A stretch of DNA of 64,000 nt from a virus: IMG/VR virus record IMGVR_UViG_3300045912_000789, positions 32,001 to 96,000 of that record; one strand, given 5' to 3'. The notes under the pieces are model-generated. The model was not told the DNA's origin. It did no database searches and saw only the letters and a list, made by a program, of their open reading frames with translations. Numbering within the stretch: the first letter of the stretch is position 1; each line of letters opens with the position of its first letter. Both the position numbers and the translations under genes were made by a program. Shown here in pieces: positions 28,839 through 37,232 of the stretch.

Positions 28839-29441
28839 TCAGCGCTTCTGCCGGGCCTTCCAGTCGAGCCAGTTCTCCCCGTTCGGGCCCCACGGGTCGG
28901 TCTGGGCGTAGGCGCTCAGCTCGTGCTCGGCGTCACGGTAGACGTCACCGCGGCGCATCACCGCCGTGAGCATGTTCATGAGCTGCGAGAGGCCGCCGGA
29001 GAACCACAGCCCGAGGAAGAGGCCGACCGCGAGGCCCCAGTCCCCAGTGACCGGTCCGACGATCAGCATCGTGACGAGGCCCACGAGGAACATCCAGGCC
29101 ATGCGATCCTCCGACTGCCGGACGTGCACGTGCTCGTGCTGCTGCGTTCGGGTCATCGGGGCGCCGAGCGGGGCACGGGCGTTCGGCTGGTAGGCGATGG
29201 CACGGCACAGCGTGGTCGAGTAGCGCCAGAGCGGGATCAGCGCGCGGGTACCATCGGGGAGCTTCGGGACCCACGGCAACTTCCGGGGCTTCACGACCCA
29301 GTCGCGGAACACTGCGGTGAGCACGAGCGTGGGCTCCCAGCGGAAGTCCTTCACCGCGCCGATGCAGAACAGCAGAGCGAGCCAGCCCCAGCCGACGATC
29401 ACGCCGAACGGAGCAGTGAGGGCGAACAGCACGTAGTTCAT
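28839..29441 (-). CDS. Membrane protein with HExxH zinc-metallopeptidase-like motif (200 aa)
   Basis: QHEHVHVRQ followed by TM helices and YRDAEHELSAY (candidate third ligand). Confidence 0.6.
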   Translation of the reverse strand: MNYVLFALTAPFGVIVGWGWLALLFCIGAVKDFRWEPTLVLTAVFRDWVVKPRKLPWVPKLPDGTRALIPLWRYSTTLCRAIAYQPNARAPLGAPMTRTQQHEHVHVRQSEDRMAWMFLVGLVTMLIVGPVTGDWGLAVGLFLGLWFSGGLSQLMNMLTAVMRRGDVYRDAEHELSAYAQTDPWGPNGENWLDWKARQKR

Positions 29442-29466
29442 GAGATCCTCTTTCTCGAAGGGTAGC

Positions 29467-29508
29467 AAAAAATAGCGAGAGGGGCGGGGCCCTCACGGAC
29501 CCCACCCC
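29467..29508 (-). terminator. Rho-independent terminator
   Basis: GGGGTGGGGTCC-GTGA-GGGCCCCGCCCC 12-bp stem followed by TCTCGCTATTTTTT, just downstream of the stop at 29514. Confidence 0.65.
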
Positions 29509-29513
29509 ACCTC

Positions 29514-29681
29514 TTAGGACTCGATCGGCTCGACCTCAGCGGCGTGCTGCATGAGCCGGGTGTACAGGGCTGACTCTCGGTCCTCCAGACCCGCCAGGCT
29601 CACACCGATCTTCTGCGCGAACTCCTTCAGTTGAGGGAGGGTCATCTTGCGCAGCTTGTCGGCGTCGATCACGACCTCCAT
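29514..29681 (-). CDS. Small protein with Rho-N/HeH-like helical motif (start uncertain)
   Basis: DKLRKMTLPQLKEFAQKIGV. Confidence 0.5.
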   Translation of the reverse strand: MEVVIDADKLRKMTLPQLKEFAQKIGVSLAGLEDRESALYTRLMQHAAEVEPIES

Positions 29682-29755
29682 CCCCGGCGGGAGCGGCTCC
29701 ACACCGGGGATGGGCTGGATCGGCTTGCGTTCCCAGGCGGTCGGCCGGGAGGACG

Positions 29756-30214
29756 TCAGCCGTTTCCCAGCAGCTCGACCTTGATGTCCATGTCCTCGGC
29801 GTTCGCCTTCACCTTCGGGTCGGTGAAGATCTGGACGACGAGGAGGTCGTGGATCTTGCGCTGGAGCGCGATGCTCGTGTCGAGCTTCTCGCCCACCTCC
29901 TTCAGGAGCGCGCGGTCCGCCGCGGTCATGCCGCCGCCCCCGCCGCTCTCGGCCTTGCCGCCCTCGGCCTTGCTGACGGCGTCCTTCTTGCCGCCGCCCG
30001 AGGCCTTCGTCTCGGTCGCCGGGGCGCCCTCGCCCTGGTGCTTCATGATGATCGCGACGCGGTCCTCGGTGCTGAGCGGCATGTAGTCGGGCGACGCCAT
30101 GCCGAGCGCGCGGAGCGCGTCCGTGACCTGCTTGCGCTGCGCGGCGTCCTGGCTGTTGCCCAGCTCGATCCACTTCTCGCGCGACTTCGGCTCGATTCCG
30201 TTCGGGAGTGCCAT
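29756..30214 (-). CDS. Hypothetical protein (152 aa)
   Basis: SD GAGGAG before ATG 30214; strong codon bias. Confidence 0.7.
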   Translation of the reverse strand: MALPNGIEPKSREKWIELGNSQDAAQRKQVTDALRALGMASPDYMPLSTEDRVAIIMKHQGEGAPATETKASGGGKKDAVSKAEGGKAESGGGGGMTAADRALLKEVGEKLDTSIALQRKIHDLLVVQIFTDPKVKANAEDMDIKVELLGNG

Positions 30215-30227
30215 CTGTTCTATCTCC

Positions 30228-30560
30228 TCACTGTTTCCGGTTGCTGTGGTCGAAGATGATCGGGTTTCCGAGAGCGCACTCCGTGACCTGGACATCAGTA
30301 CACTGGAAGCACGCCCTAAGATCTCGTGTCTTGGCGGGACAGGCTTGGACGAGAGGCTCCACCTGCTTGAAGTTCTCGTCGATGAACGTCATGATCTTCA
30401 GTCGGATCTTGTCGACCTGCCGTTCAGGGAGGTCGATCTCTTCACCGAGGATGATCTTGGTGAGGACCTCGCGGCCGAGTCCTCTGTGTGCGTTGAGGTT
30501 GTTCTCCTGAGCGAGCAGCAGTAGCTCGCTGGCGTTCATCTCGTCAAGGAGATCCAGCAT
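30228..30560 (-). CDS. Hypothetical protein with C-terminal Cys cluster (110 aa)
   Basis: SD GGAGG; CP...CFQC...C. Confidence 0.65.
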   Translation of the reverse strand: MLDLLDEMNASELLLLAQENNLNAHRGLGREVLTKIILGEEIDLPERQVDKIRLKIMTFIDENFKQVEPLVQACPAKTRDLRACFQCTDVQVTECALGNPIIFDHSNRKQ

Positions 30561-30798
30561 CGGAACCTCCCGTCGAGACGAACTTCACGGAGAAGCGGCT
30601 GTGCGGGCAGATCTTGCACCGGCTGCCGAAGTACTGGCTGAGGCAGAGAGCCCGCAGGACGACGGTACGCTTGCCCTTCTCCACGCGGAAGAAGTGGCCC
30701 TCGGCCTTGAAGACCGAGCCCCGTGCGTAGCACACGGCGTAGCGCGGATCGTCGGCCTTGTCCTTGTTCAGCGTGACCAGTTCGGTCGCCTTGCTCAT
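30544..30798 (-). CDS. Hypothetical Cys-containing protein (84 aa)
   Basis: ATGA coupling with the rusA-like stop. Confidence 0.55.
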   Translation of the reverse strand: MSKATELVTLNKDKADDPRYAVCYARGSVFKAEGHFFRVEKGKRTVVLRALCLSQYFGSRCKICPHSRFSVKFVSTGGSDAGSP

Positions 30799-31391
30799 TC
30801 GTAGACCTTGTAGACGAGTACGATGCGGGGATCCAGACGATCTTCCCGCTTCTTGATAGCGACGTCGAGGTGCGCGGAATCGTCGATCCCGGTGCCCTTG
30901 ACGACGGCGTCTTCGATCAGCTTGATGTAGTTGCTGCCGTCCTTCTTCTGGTAGGGGGATCGGGGCTGGGGTTTCGCTGCCTTCTTCCCGGCCTTCGGCT
31001 TCTTCGGGACCGTCATGCTCCCGCCGACCTGCCACGCCCGGTTCAGGAGATCCTCCATGTAGAGCCAGATCGTGAGGTCAATGTGCCCCCCTTGCTTATA
31101 GACGGCATCCACCACGTGCTTCCACGCGATGGGCTGGGTGCCGAGCGCCGCAGCGGTGGCCGCCTTCAGCTTGTCCTCGAAGTTCCGGCCCTCCGCGGTC
31201 AGGAAGCGGTTCCCGACCCCTGAGTAGGCCTTGTTGATCGAGACCGGGCGGGGATCGCGGAGCACGGCCCAGAACTCGGTCGCCTGCACCCGCTGAGCTT
31301 CGTAGGCGCCGATGATCGACTTCTCGCGCTCCACCATCTCGACGTGGCGCCTGTTGTCGTCACCGGCGAAGAGGCCGAGCTGATCACCCAT
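30795..31391 (-). CDS. rusA: RusA-like Holliday junction resolvase
   Basis: PVSINKAY and KKDGSNYIKLIEDAV...GIDDS match the RusA D-x-x-N-x-x-K...D...DD pattern. Confidence 0.75.
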   Translation of the reverse strand: MGDQLGLFAGDDNRRHVEMVEREKSIIGAYEAQRVQATEFWAVLRDPRPVSINKAYSGVGNRFLTAEGRNFEDKLKAATAAALGTQPIAWKHVVDAVYKQGGHIDLTIWLYMEDLLNRAWQVGGSMTVPKKPKAGKKAAKPQPRSPYQKKDGSNYIKLIEDAVVKGTGIDDSAHLDVAIKKREDRLDPRIVLVYKVYE

Positions 31392-32019
31392 CGTCCTTGC
31401 TCCCCTTCGACGGCGCGGCGCGCTCGAACTGCCCGCCGCTGCCCAGCGGCTGGCGGCGGACCTGGTCCTTCCGCCGGTTCTGGATGGTGTGATCTCGCAT
31501 CGACTGGTTGAACTCCAGCTCCCGCAACGCGATGATCCGGGAGAGCGCCTCGGCCTGCTTGCTGTAGACCTTGTAGTGCGCCTCCAGGATCTCCTTCATC
31601 GCGAAGAGCTTGAGCACCTCCATCTCGTAGTCGATCCGGATCGGATCCTCGCGGACCATCGCCGGCACCTCGGCCTTCGGCACGTCCCTCGCGAAGAGCT
31701 TGAGCTTCAGCTTCGCGTCGAGCTGCTTCAGGCTGGTGTTGGCGGCGCGGTAGGCGATCTCGGCCTTCACCAGCTCACCGTTCACGTATTGCGCGTGCGC
31801 GGTGTACTGGCTGTAGAGGTTGCCGAGTTGGTTGTTCGGCAGTTCGCTGATGTCCATGTCGGCGAGGTTCTCGGGAACGTTCGTCGGCTTCGGGTAGGGC
31901 AGCAGGCCGAGCCGGGCCGCCTGGTTCCCCACCTCAGCGAGGAGATCGTCGGCGTTCTTGAACTGCTCCATCTCCTCCTTGTCGAGGAGCGGGGCGTTGT
32001 TGAGATCGATCTTGGGCAT
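31384..32019 (-). CDS. Helical/coiled-coil protein in the recombination cluster (possibly a UvsY-like mediator)
   Basis: All-helical; lies between nucleases. Function is inferred from context only. Confidence 0.55.
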   Translation of the reverse strand: MPKIDLNNAPLLDKEEMEQFKNADDLLAEVGNQAARLGLLPYPKPTNVPENLADMDISELPNNQLGNLYSQYTAHAQYVNGELVKAEIAYRAANTSLKQLDAKLKLKLFARDVPKAEVPAMVREDPIRIDYEMEVLKLFAMKEILEAHYKVYSKQAEALSRIIALRELEFNQSMRDHTIQNRRKDQVRRQPLGSGGQFERAAPSKGSKDDG

Positions 32020-32025
32020 GTTCTC

Positions 32026-32844
32026 CTACAGCCTGCCGCGGTTGCGAATCGCGTTCATCGCGGCGTTGTCGTCCTTCCTGCGAAGCTGGGTCAGGACCGA
32101 CGGCTTGCAGGTGTCTCGGTACTCGCAGCGCGGACACTCGAAGAAGTCCTCGTCCCGGGCAGGCAGGGTCTCTGCCTCGACGTGCTTCATCAACTGCTCG
32201 AAGTAGTCGATCGCGGTGGCGAAGACCGCGGGATCGAAGAGCGACGGGAAGACGTGTCGCTTCGAGTTGTCCTTGCAGTAGTACCAGTTGTAGATGATCG
32301 GGCAATCGTAGCGGTACGCGTAGAGGTGCGCCTGCATCAGGTGCTCCGTCTTCGGCGTGCCGCGCGCGACCATGGCCTCGAAGTTCTTGCGATTGATGCT
32401 CTTCGCCTCGATGATCGACCGCTGCTGCCAGTCGTCGCACCAGATGCGAAGAACCCCGTCCGCGGTTCCGCCGATGCCGAGATCGGAGAACAGCTTGTCC
32501 CACTTCGGATCGAAGGGGACCTCGCGGCACAGCTCGTAGCCGATGTTCCTCGGCTTCAGGACTCGGCCGACGTCTTCGAGCTTCTTGCCCACCAGCTCGT
32601 GGATGGCGTGCCCCATGTCGAAGATCTCTAGGGAGTCCGGGTCGAGGGTGGGGATGAAGGGCGCTCGGATGTACTCGTAGACCTGCTTCCGCCGGCACGC
32701 GCCGACGCCAGAGGGGTGGAAGTACCCCTGCCGGCTGCCGTCGCGGGTCACGGTGGCCAGGGCGAGCGTGTACGCGCCTTCGAGGTCGAAGATGTCGGAC
32801 TTGTCGAGTGCCGCGGCATCCGCGATCGTGATGGCGCTTCTCAT
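32026..32844 (-). CDS. Cas4-like PD-(D/E)xK exonuclease with Fe-S cluster cysteines
   Basis: HPSGVGAC, GHAIH, GTADG...IIEAKS, QAHLY and CPRCEYRDTC motifs. Confidence 0.85.
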   Translation of the reverse strand: MRSAITIADAAALDKSDIFDLEGAYTLALATVTRDGSRQGYFHPSGVGACRRKQVYEYIRAPFIPTLDPDSLEIFDMGHAIHELVGKKLEDVGRVLKPRNIGYELCREVPFDPKWDKLFSDLGIGGTADGVLRIWCDDWQQRSIIEAKSINRKNFEAMVARGTPKTEHLMQAHLYAYRYDCPIIYNWYYCKDNSKRHVFPSLFDPAVFATAIDYFEQLMKHVEAETLPARDEDFFECPRCEYRDTCKPSVLTQLRRKDDNAAMNAIRNRGRL

Positions 32845-33440
32845 CGCTGCTCCTTGGCCCACTGCTGCTCCCTGGTCTGGACGAGACGGAGGAGATCGCT
32901 GTAGGCGATGATCGTGATGTCGCCCTTCTTGCCGGGCTGTTCCAGGTCGAGCTTGAGCCACAGCCGACGACACGGGATGTTCCCCGCGCCCCAGCCGTCC
33001 GTCCGGACTCCACGCCCGACCTTGATGCTTCGTCTTCCGATGTCCTTGGTGGCCAGCGGCACGCTGCTCCACCCAGTCAGCTCGCTGAAGAAGTTCGAGT
33101 GGATCGCGGCGAACTTCCCGTACTCTGCGAGGCTCCCGATCCCGATCTCCATGACGAAGACCGGGGCTTGGCCCGCCTTCTCGGCGGCCACCAGGAGCTT
33201 CTGCCAGTCCGAGCTGCTCAGCGAGTAGCCCGAGCTGCGCGTCGTCTTCACCTCGACTCGGAAGGTGAACAGCGAGCTGTCTCGCAGTACGCCATCCGTG
33301 ATCTGGACCCGCGAGGGCACCACGACGTCGGCCTTCTCGTCGCCGGCGCCCGAGAGGAAGGTCTTGCGCCCACCGAGATCGGAGGCGGTCTGCCGCTCCG
33401 CCGCGGTGGCTCGCTTCTTCCTGCGTCTCTGGATCGTCAT
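32841..33440 (-). CDS. Hjc-like PD-(D/E)xK Holliday junction resolvase
   Basis: ERQTA..LGG...SGAG..KADV...VEVKTT...WQKL...PVFVM. Confidence 0.7.
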   Translation of the reverse strand: MTIQRRRKKRATAAERQTASDLGGRKTFLSGAGDEKADVVVPSRVQITDGVLRDSSLFTFRVEVKTTRSSGYSLSSSDWQKLLVAAEKAGQAPVFVMEIGIGSLAEYGKFAAIHSNFFSELTGWSSVPLATKDIGRRSIKVGRGVRTDGWGAGNIPCRRLWLKLDLEQPGKKGDITIIAYSDLLRLVQTREQQWAKEQR

Positions 33441-33481
33441 GTGGTCTCCACGGCCGTGCCCGGGGAAGGTCCCGAGCACGG

Positions 33482-33490
33482 CCTGATAGG
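33482..33490 (-). promoter_or_regulatory. Class B motif variant CCTATCAGG
   Basis: Directly after the recA stop, upstream of the Hjc-like gene. Confidence 0.5.
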
Positions 33491-34786
33491 TCAGCGGAAC
33501 CTGTAGATGATCCCGGAGCGCCGGAAGCACTCCGAACGAAGGAGGTCGATCAGCTCAGGGTGCTCGGTGATGTACCGGCGCACCTTGTCGCGGCCCTGGA
33601 GGTTGAAGCCGAACTCCTCGTGCTCGTACTTGATCCAGGTGGTGCCCTCGAACACGCCCAGCTTCAGGCAGGTGGTGACGAGATCGCCGATCTTGTCGAC
33701 GCCGATGTCGTAGTAGAAGTCGAACTCGCCGTTCTTGCCGTCGTGGGTCCCGAGCTTGCCCTTCGTCAGCTCCCACCGGACCTTGCGGCCGATGTTCACC
33801 TTCTCGACCGCATCGTGGTGGTAGGGACCCTTGTGGATCGACAGCTCGATCGCCTTGCCGTGCTTCAGCGCCCAGACCTTGGCTCCGCCCTCGTACTTGT
33901 CCTTCTCCATGACGGGGCGGCCACGCACCGGCGCCGCGTCTCGCTTCGCCCGCATCTGGTTGACGAGGAAGAGCGTGGTCTCGTTGCGCCCACTCCGATC
34001 GTTGTTGAGCGTCATGGCGAGCTTGGGCATGAACTTCGAGATCAGGGTGGCCTCGCTGCTCTGGCGCGCGAAGTCCTCGAAGCTCTCCTGCTCCTCCTTC
34101 GCCTCGGTCTGGAGCGAGCCGATGCTGTTGACGACGATCATCTGGCACCGGTTCGAGGCCACCAGCTTGATGATCGCGTCGAAGCCCTTCTCGGCCGTCA
34201 CGCCGTCGATGATGAGGATCTGGCCGACCTGCGTCTGAAGCTCGGCACGGCGTTCCTCGCTCATCGGCGGCTTGCCCTCCTTTACGAGAGCCTCGTCCAG
34301 CTCGTCCAGCTCCTTCGGCGAGAAGGCGATCTTCAGGCCGCAGAAGTCGCGCATGAAGAGCTTGTCCGCCTTGAACTCGGTGAAGAAGATGCACATGCCG
34401 AAGTCGTCGCCGTAGATGCGCTGGACCTCGGCAGCCGTGACCCAGAGCAGGTAGTCCTTGCCGGCGCCGTCCGGGCCGACCAGAACGGTGGTAGCGCTGG
34501 CCGGGAAGCCCCCTGCCAGCTCGATGTCGAGCGAGGTGATCCCCGTGGGACGGCGCAGCAGGTACAGCGTCTCCATGTCCGAGGCACGGCGCACCACGTT
34601 CATGCCCAGCTCTCGGTTCACCGAGTCCATCACGTCGTCGAGCGTGACGGCCTCCTTGGCCTCGCTGGGCTCGGTCTTGCTCCGCTGCTTCGTCTGGGGC
34701 TTCGCGCTCACCGCCTGCTTCGTCTGGCTGGCCGTGGTCGCCTTCTTGCTCTTGTTGCTCTTCGGTGCGGCCTTCCTCGTTGCCAT
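33491..34786 (-). CDS. recA: RecA/UvsX-family recombinase with atypical Walker motifs
   Basis: PTGITSLDIELAGGFP, GPDGAGKD, IVVNSIGSL, VNQMR, GG...LKH; basic N-terminal extension. Confidence 0.85.
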   Translation of the reverse strand: MATRKAAPKSNKSKKATTASQTKQAVSAKPQTKQRSKTEPSEAKEAVTLDDVMDSVNRELGMNVVRRASDMETLYLLRRPTGITSLDIELAGGFPASATTVLVGPDGAGKDYLLWVTAAEVQRIYGDDFGMCIFFTEFKADKLFMRDFCGLKIAFSPKELDELDEALVKEGKPPMSEERRAELQTQVGQILIIDGVTAEKGFDAIIKLVASNRCQMIVVNSIGSLQTEAKEEQESFEDFARQSSEATLISKFMPKLAMTLNNDRSGRNETTLFLVNQMRAKRDAAPVRGRPVMEKDKYEGGAKVWALKHGKAIELSIHKGPYHHDAVEKVNIGRKVRWELTKGKLGTHDGKNGEFDFYYDIGVDKIGDLVTTCLKLGVFEGTTWIKYEHEEFGFNLQGRDKVRRYITEHPELIDLLRSECFRRSGIIYRFR

Positions 34787-34788
34787 CT

Positions 34789-35223
34789 TCACTCCTGTTC
34801 GATCGGAAGACGAGGAAGAGGAATCCGCTTCTTCACCAGAAGGGCCTCGGCCTCGTCGCTGAGGTGGATCTCGAACTGCTGCTTGTACTGCTCGTACCGC
34901 TCTGCGCCAGTGGCGAGTACGTTCCGGACGAGCAGGTTGCGGATGGTGGTCGTCTCGTCTTGGCAGATGTCGCCGAGGTGGAACCCGGGATGGTCTTCGC
35001 AGATCTTGGTCTTCGTGGACAGCAGCCCCCGCGCCTCGTTGTAGTAGAGGCCCTGGAAGCCGCCCTCCCACGAAGTCCAGCCGATCAGGGGGCGAAGCTG
35101 AACGTGGAGACGGGCCCGCTCGCGCAGGCCCTCCTCCCCGTCCTGCTCGACCGCCACCGGCTCCATGGGCTCTGCACGGAGGAACACGCCGTACCACCCT
35201 CGTGCCTGTAGTAGCTGGGTCAC
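34789..35223 (-). CDS. Hypothetical protein (144 aa)
   Basis: GTGA coupling with the polA stop; C-terminal part of track ORF 34789..36828. Confidence 0.6.
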   Translation of the reverse strand: MTQLLQARGWYGVFLRAEPMEPVAVEQDGEEGLRERARLHVQLRPLIGWTSWEGGFQGLYYNEARGLLSTKTKICEDHPGFHLGDICQDETTTIRNLLVRNVLATGAERYEQYKQQFEIHLSDEAEALLVKKRIPLPRLPIEQE

Positions 35224-37229
35224 TTCACGTCCGTCCATCGGTGCCCGACGGCACCATCGGGATCGACCGGCACCGGGTAGGTGATCCGGATCGGTCCCCA
35301 GTTGTAGGGGTCGCCCATCTTCTCCTTCATGATCTCGGCGCACCGACGACTCGTCTCTTTGGGAGCGCGAGCGATCAGCTCGTCGTGGACCGTGAGGATG
35401 AGAATCCCCCCGAGTTCGTTGAACTCCTTGTCGTGGGCGATCTGAAGCATCGCGAGCTTCATCATCTCCGACCCGGAGCCCTGGATGAGGGTGTTGTAGG
35501 CCTGGCGGCGCTCGGCAGCCGCGATGCCGCGGTTGTACGCGTTGTTGATCCGGTAGAGACGCCGGACGCGGCCGAGCATCGTGTACGTGTACTCGTTCGC
35601 CTCGGCGAACCTGTGCATGTACTCGATGTGCGCTTCGATGTTCGCGTTCGTCCGGAAGAAGGTGTCGATCAGCTCCTGAGCCTCTTCCTTCGAGCACTTC
35701 AGGTCTTGCGCCATCTTCCCGGCGCCCTCGCCGTAGAGCGCGCCGAGACCCGAGGTCTTCGCACCGTCGCGCTTCTTCAGGAGGTACTTGTCGATGTCGC
35801 CGAAGGATGGGTCCTTGCGGTCCTTCTTGTCCTTCGCCGCCATGATCGCCTCGTACGTGACGAGAGGATCGCTCTTGTACATGGCGGCAGCGTTCGCGGA
35901 GTGGATGTCCCAGCCCTTGCGGATGGCCTCCATCATCTCTTCTTCGCCCGCGAGCGCCGCTGCGATGCGGAACTCGATCTGCGGGTAGTCGAAGTCGATG
36001 AGGTCGTAGCCGGGATCGGCGATGAAGCACCCTCGGATCTTGTAGGGGTCGTTCCTCACCGGGATGTTCTGCATGTTCGGGTTCGACGACGAGAGGCGCG
36101 AGGTGCGGGCTCCGCTCTGGTTCAGGCGGCAGTGCACGCGACCGTCCGGGCCCAGGTAGGTCCGGATCTTCTTCACGTACGTGCCGTAGAGCTTGTTGAG
36201 CTTCGCCAGCGCGAGCTTTGCGTCGATGAACTGGAACTCCGGCGAGTCGTGCGACACGCGGAGCTTCAGGATGTTCAGCGTCTTCTCGTCCACCGACGGC
36301 TTGGGCTCCGAGCCCTTGCCGCCCGAGGTGAACTTGATCGGCTTCATCCCGAAGTGGTCCTTGCCGTAGAGGATGTCGCGGATCTCGTCCTCGGCCTTCG
36401 TGTTGAAGCGGTACCCCATCAGGTCGTACAGCTTCTTCTCGGCCGCCGCGATGCCGTCCTTCATCGGGCCTTCGATCTTCTTCACCCAGTCGAGGTCGAC
36501 GAGGAAGCCCGCGCGCTCCATCCCCCAGAGGACCTTGGTGAGCGGCACCTCGATCGTCCGGTAGTAGTCGAACAGCGACGCCATGGGCGTCATCGTCGAC
36601 TCCAGCCCCACGTTCGCCAGGTTCTTCGCGAGATCCTGAGCGCGCATGAAGGTGAAGTACGAGTCGCAGCTCGCGTAGTTCTGCACCAGCTCGGGCTGCT
36701 CGTTGTAGACGAAGTTCAGCTTGTCGCCGCCCTCCATCTTCTTGAACTTCGCGAACGTGTACTTGTCGAGCCCGAGGGACTCCGAGACCATGTGAGGATC
36801 GAGGAACAGCTCCTTGAACTCGCCCCACCTCGCCTCGTACGCGAACCAGGCCTGATCTTTCAGACCGTGATCGCGCGTGTCGTCCTCCATGGCGTCCATG
36901 TCGATGATGTCCCAGACGTCACCGACGAGGCCGTAGCCCATGTTCCGGAGGATGTGCATGTCGTACTTGGCGTTCGCCAGGTACCACGTGATGTCGCGCC
37001 GCTGGAACAGTGGATCGAAGAAGCCCAGCAGCTCGTACGGGAAGAAGTACCGCCGGTCCTCAGTCGCCATCGACCAGAAGAGAACGCGGGACCTCATCAC
37101 GTCGAGGCCGGTCGTCTCCGTGTCGATCGCGACAGGACCGCCCCGATTCATGAGGTAGTTCAGAATCGGGGCGGCCTGTTCCGGCGTCTCAGCCGCCGTC
37201 ACCGGCGGAAGTAGACGCAGTCTCGGCAT
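35220..37229 (-). CDS. polA: DNA polymerase, family A, with 3'-5' exonuclease domain
   Basis: ExoI DTETTG, NAKYD, YASCD; RLSSSNPNMQNIP; motif A DYPQIEFR; motif B RDGAKTSGLGALYG; motif C TVHDEL. Confidence 0.95.
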   Translation of the reverse strand: MPRLRLLPPVTAAETPEQAAPILNYLMNRGGPVAIDTETTGLDVMRSRVLFWSMATEDRRYFFPYELLGFFDPLFQRRDITWYLANAKYDMHILRNMGYGLVGDVWDIIDMDAMEDDTRDHGLKDQAWFAYEARWGEFKELFLDPHMVSESLGLDKYTFAKFKKMEGGDKLNFVYNEQPELVQNYASCDSYFTFMRAQDLAKNLANVGLESTMTPMASLFDYYRTIEVPLTKVLWGMERAGFLVDLDWVKKIEGPMKDGIAAAEKKLYDLMGYRFNTKAEDEIRDILYGKDHFGMKPIKFTSGGKGSEPKPSVDEKTLNILKLRVSHDSPEFQFIDAKLALAKLNKLYGTYVKKIRTYLGPDGRVHCRLNQSGARTSRLSSSNPNMQNIPVRNDPYKIRGCFIADPGYDLIDFDYPQIEFRIAAALAGEEEMMEAIRKGWDIHSANAAAMYKSDPLVTYEAIMAAKDKKDRKDPSFGDIDKYLLKKRDGAKTSGLGALYGEGAGKMAQDLKCSKEEAQELIDTFFRTNANIEAHIEYMHRFAEANEYTYTMLGRVRRLYRINNAYNRGIAAAERRQAYNTLIQGSGSEMMKLAMLQIAHDKEFNELGGILILTVHDELIARAPKETSRRCAEIMKEKMGDPYNWGPIRITYPVPVDPDGAVGHRWTDVK

Positions 37230-37232
37230 CGG

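Noticed and set aside
7239-29477. Shared CGCTATT(C)TTTTGCT at 7239-7253(+) and 29464-29477(-) as a third promoter class
   Set aside because: Only two copies, and the second coincides with the U tract of a clear terminator. They do share the SCTAT core of class B, so a full-genome recheck is reasonable.
32026-32844. Cas4-like gene as evidence of a CRISPR-Cas system
   Set aside because: No repeat-spacer array or other cas genes are visible; stand-alone Cas4-like nucleases are common in phage recombination modules.
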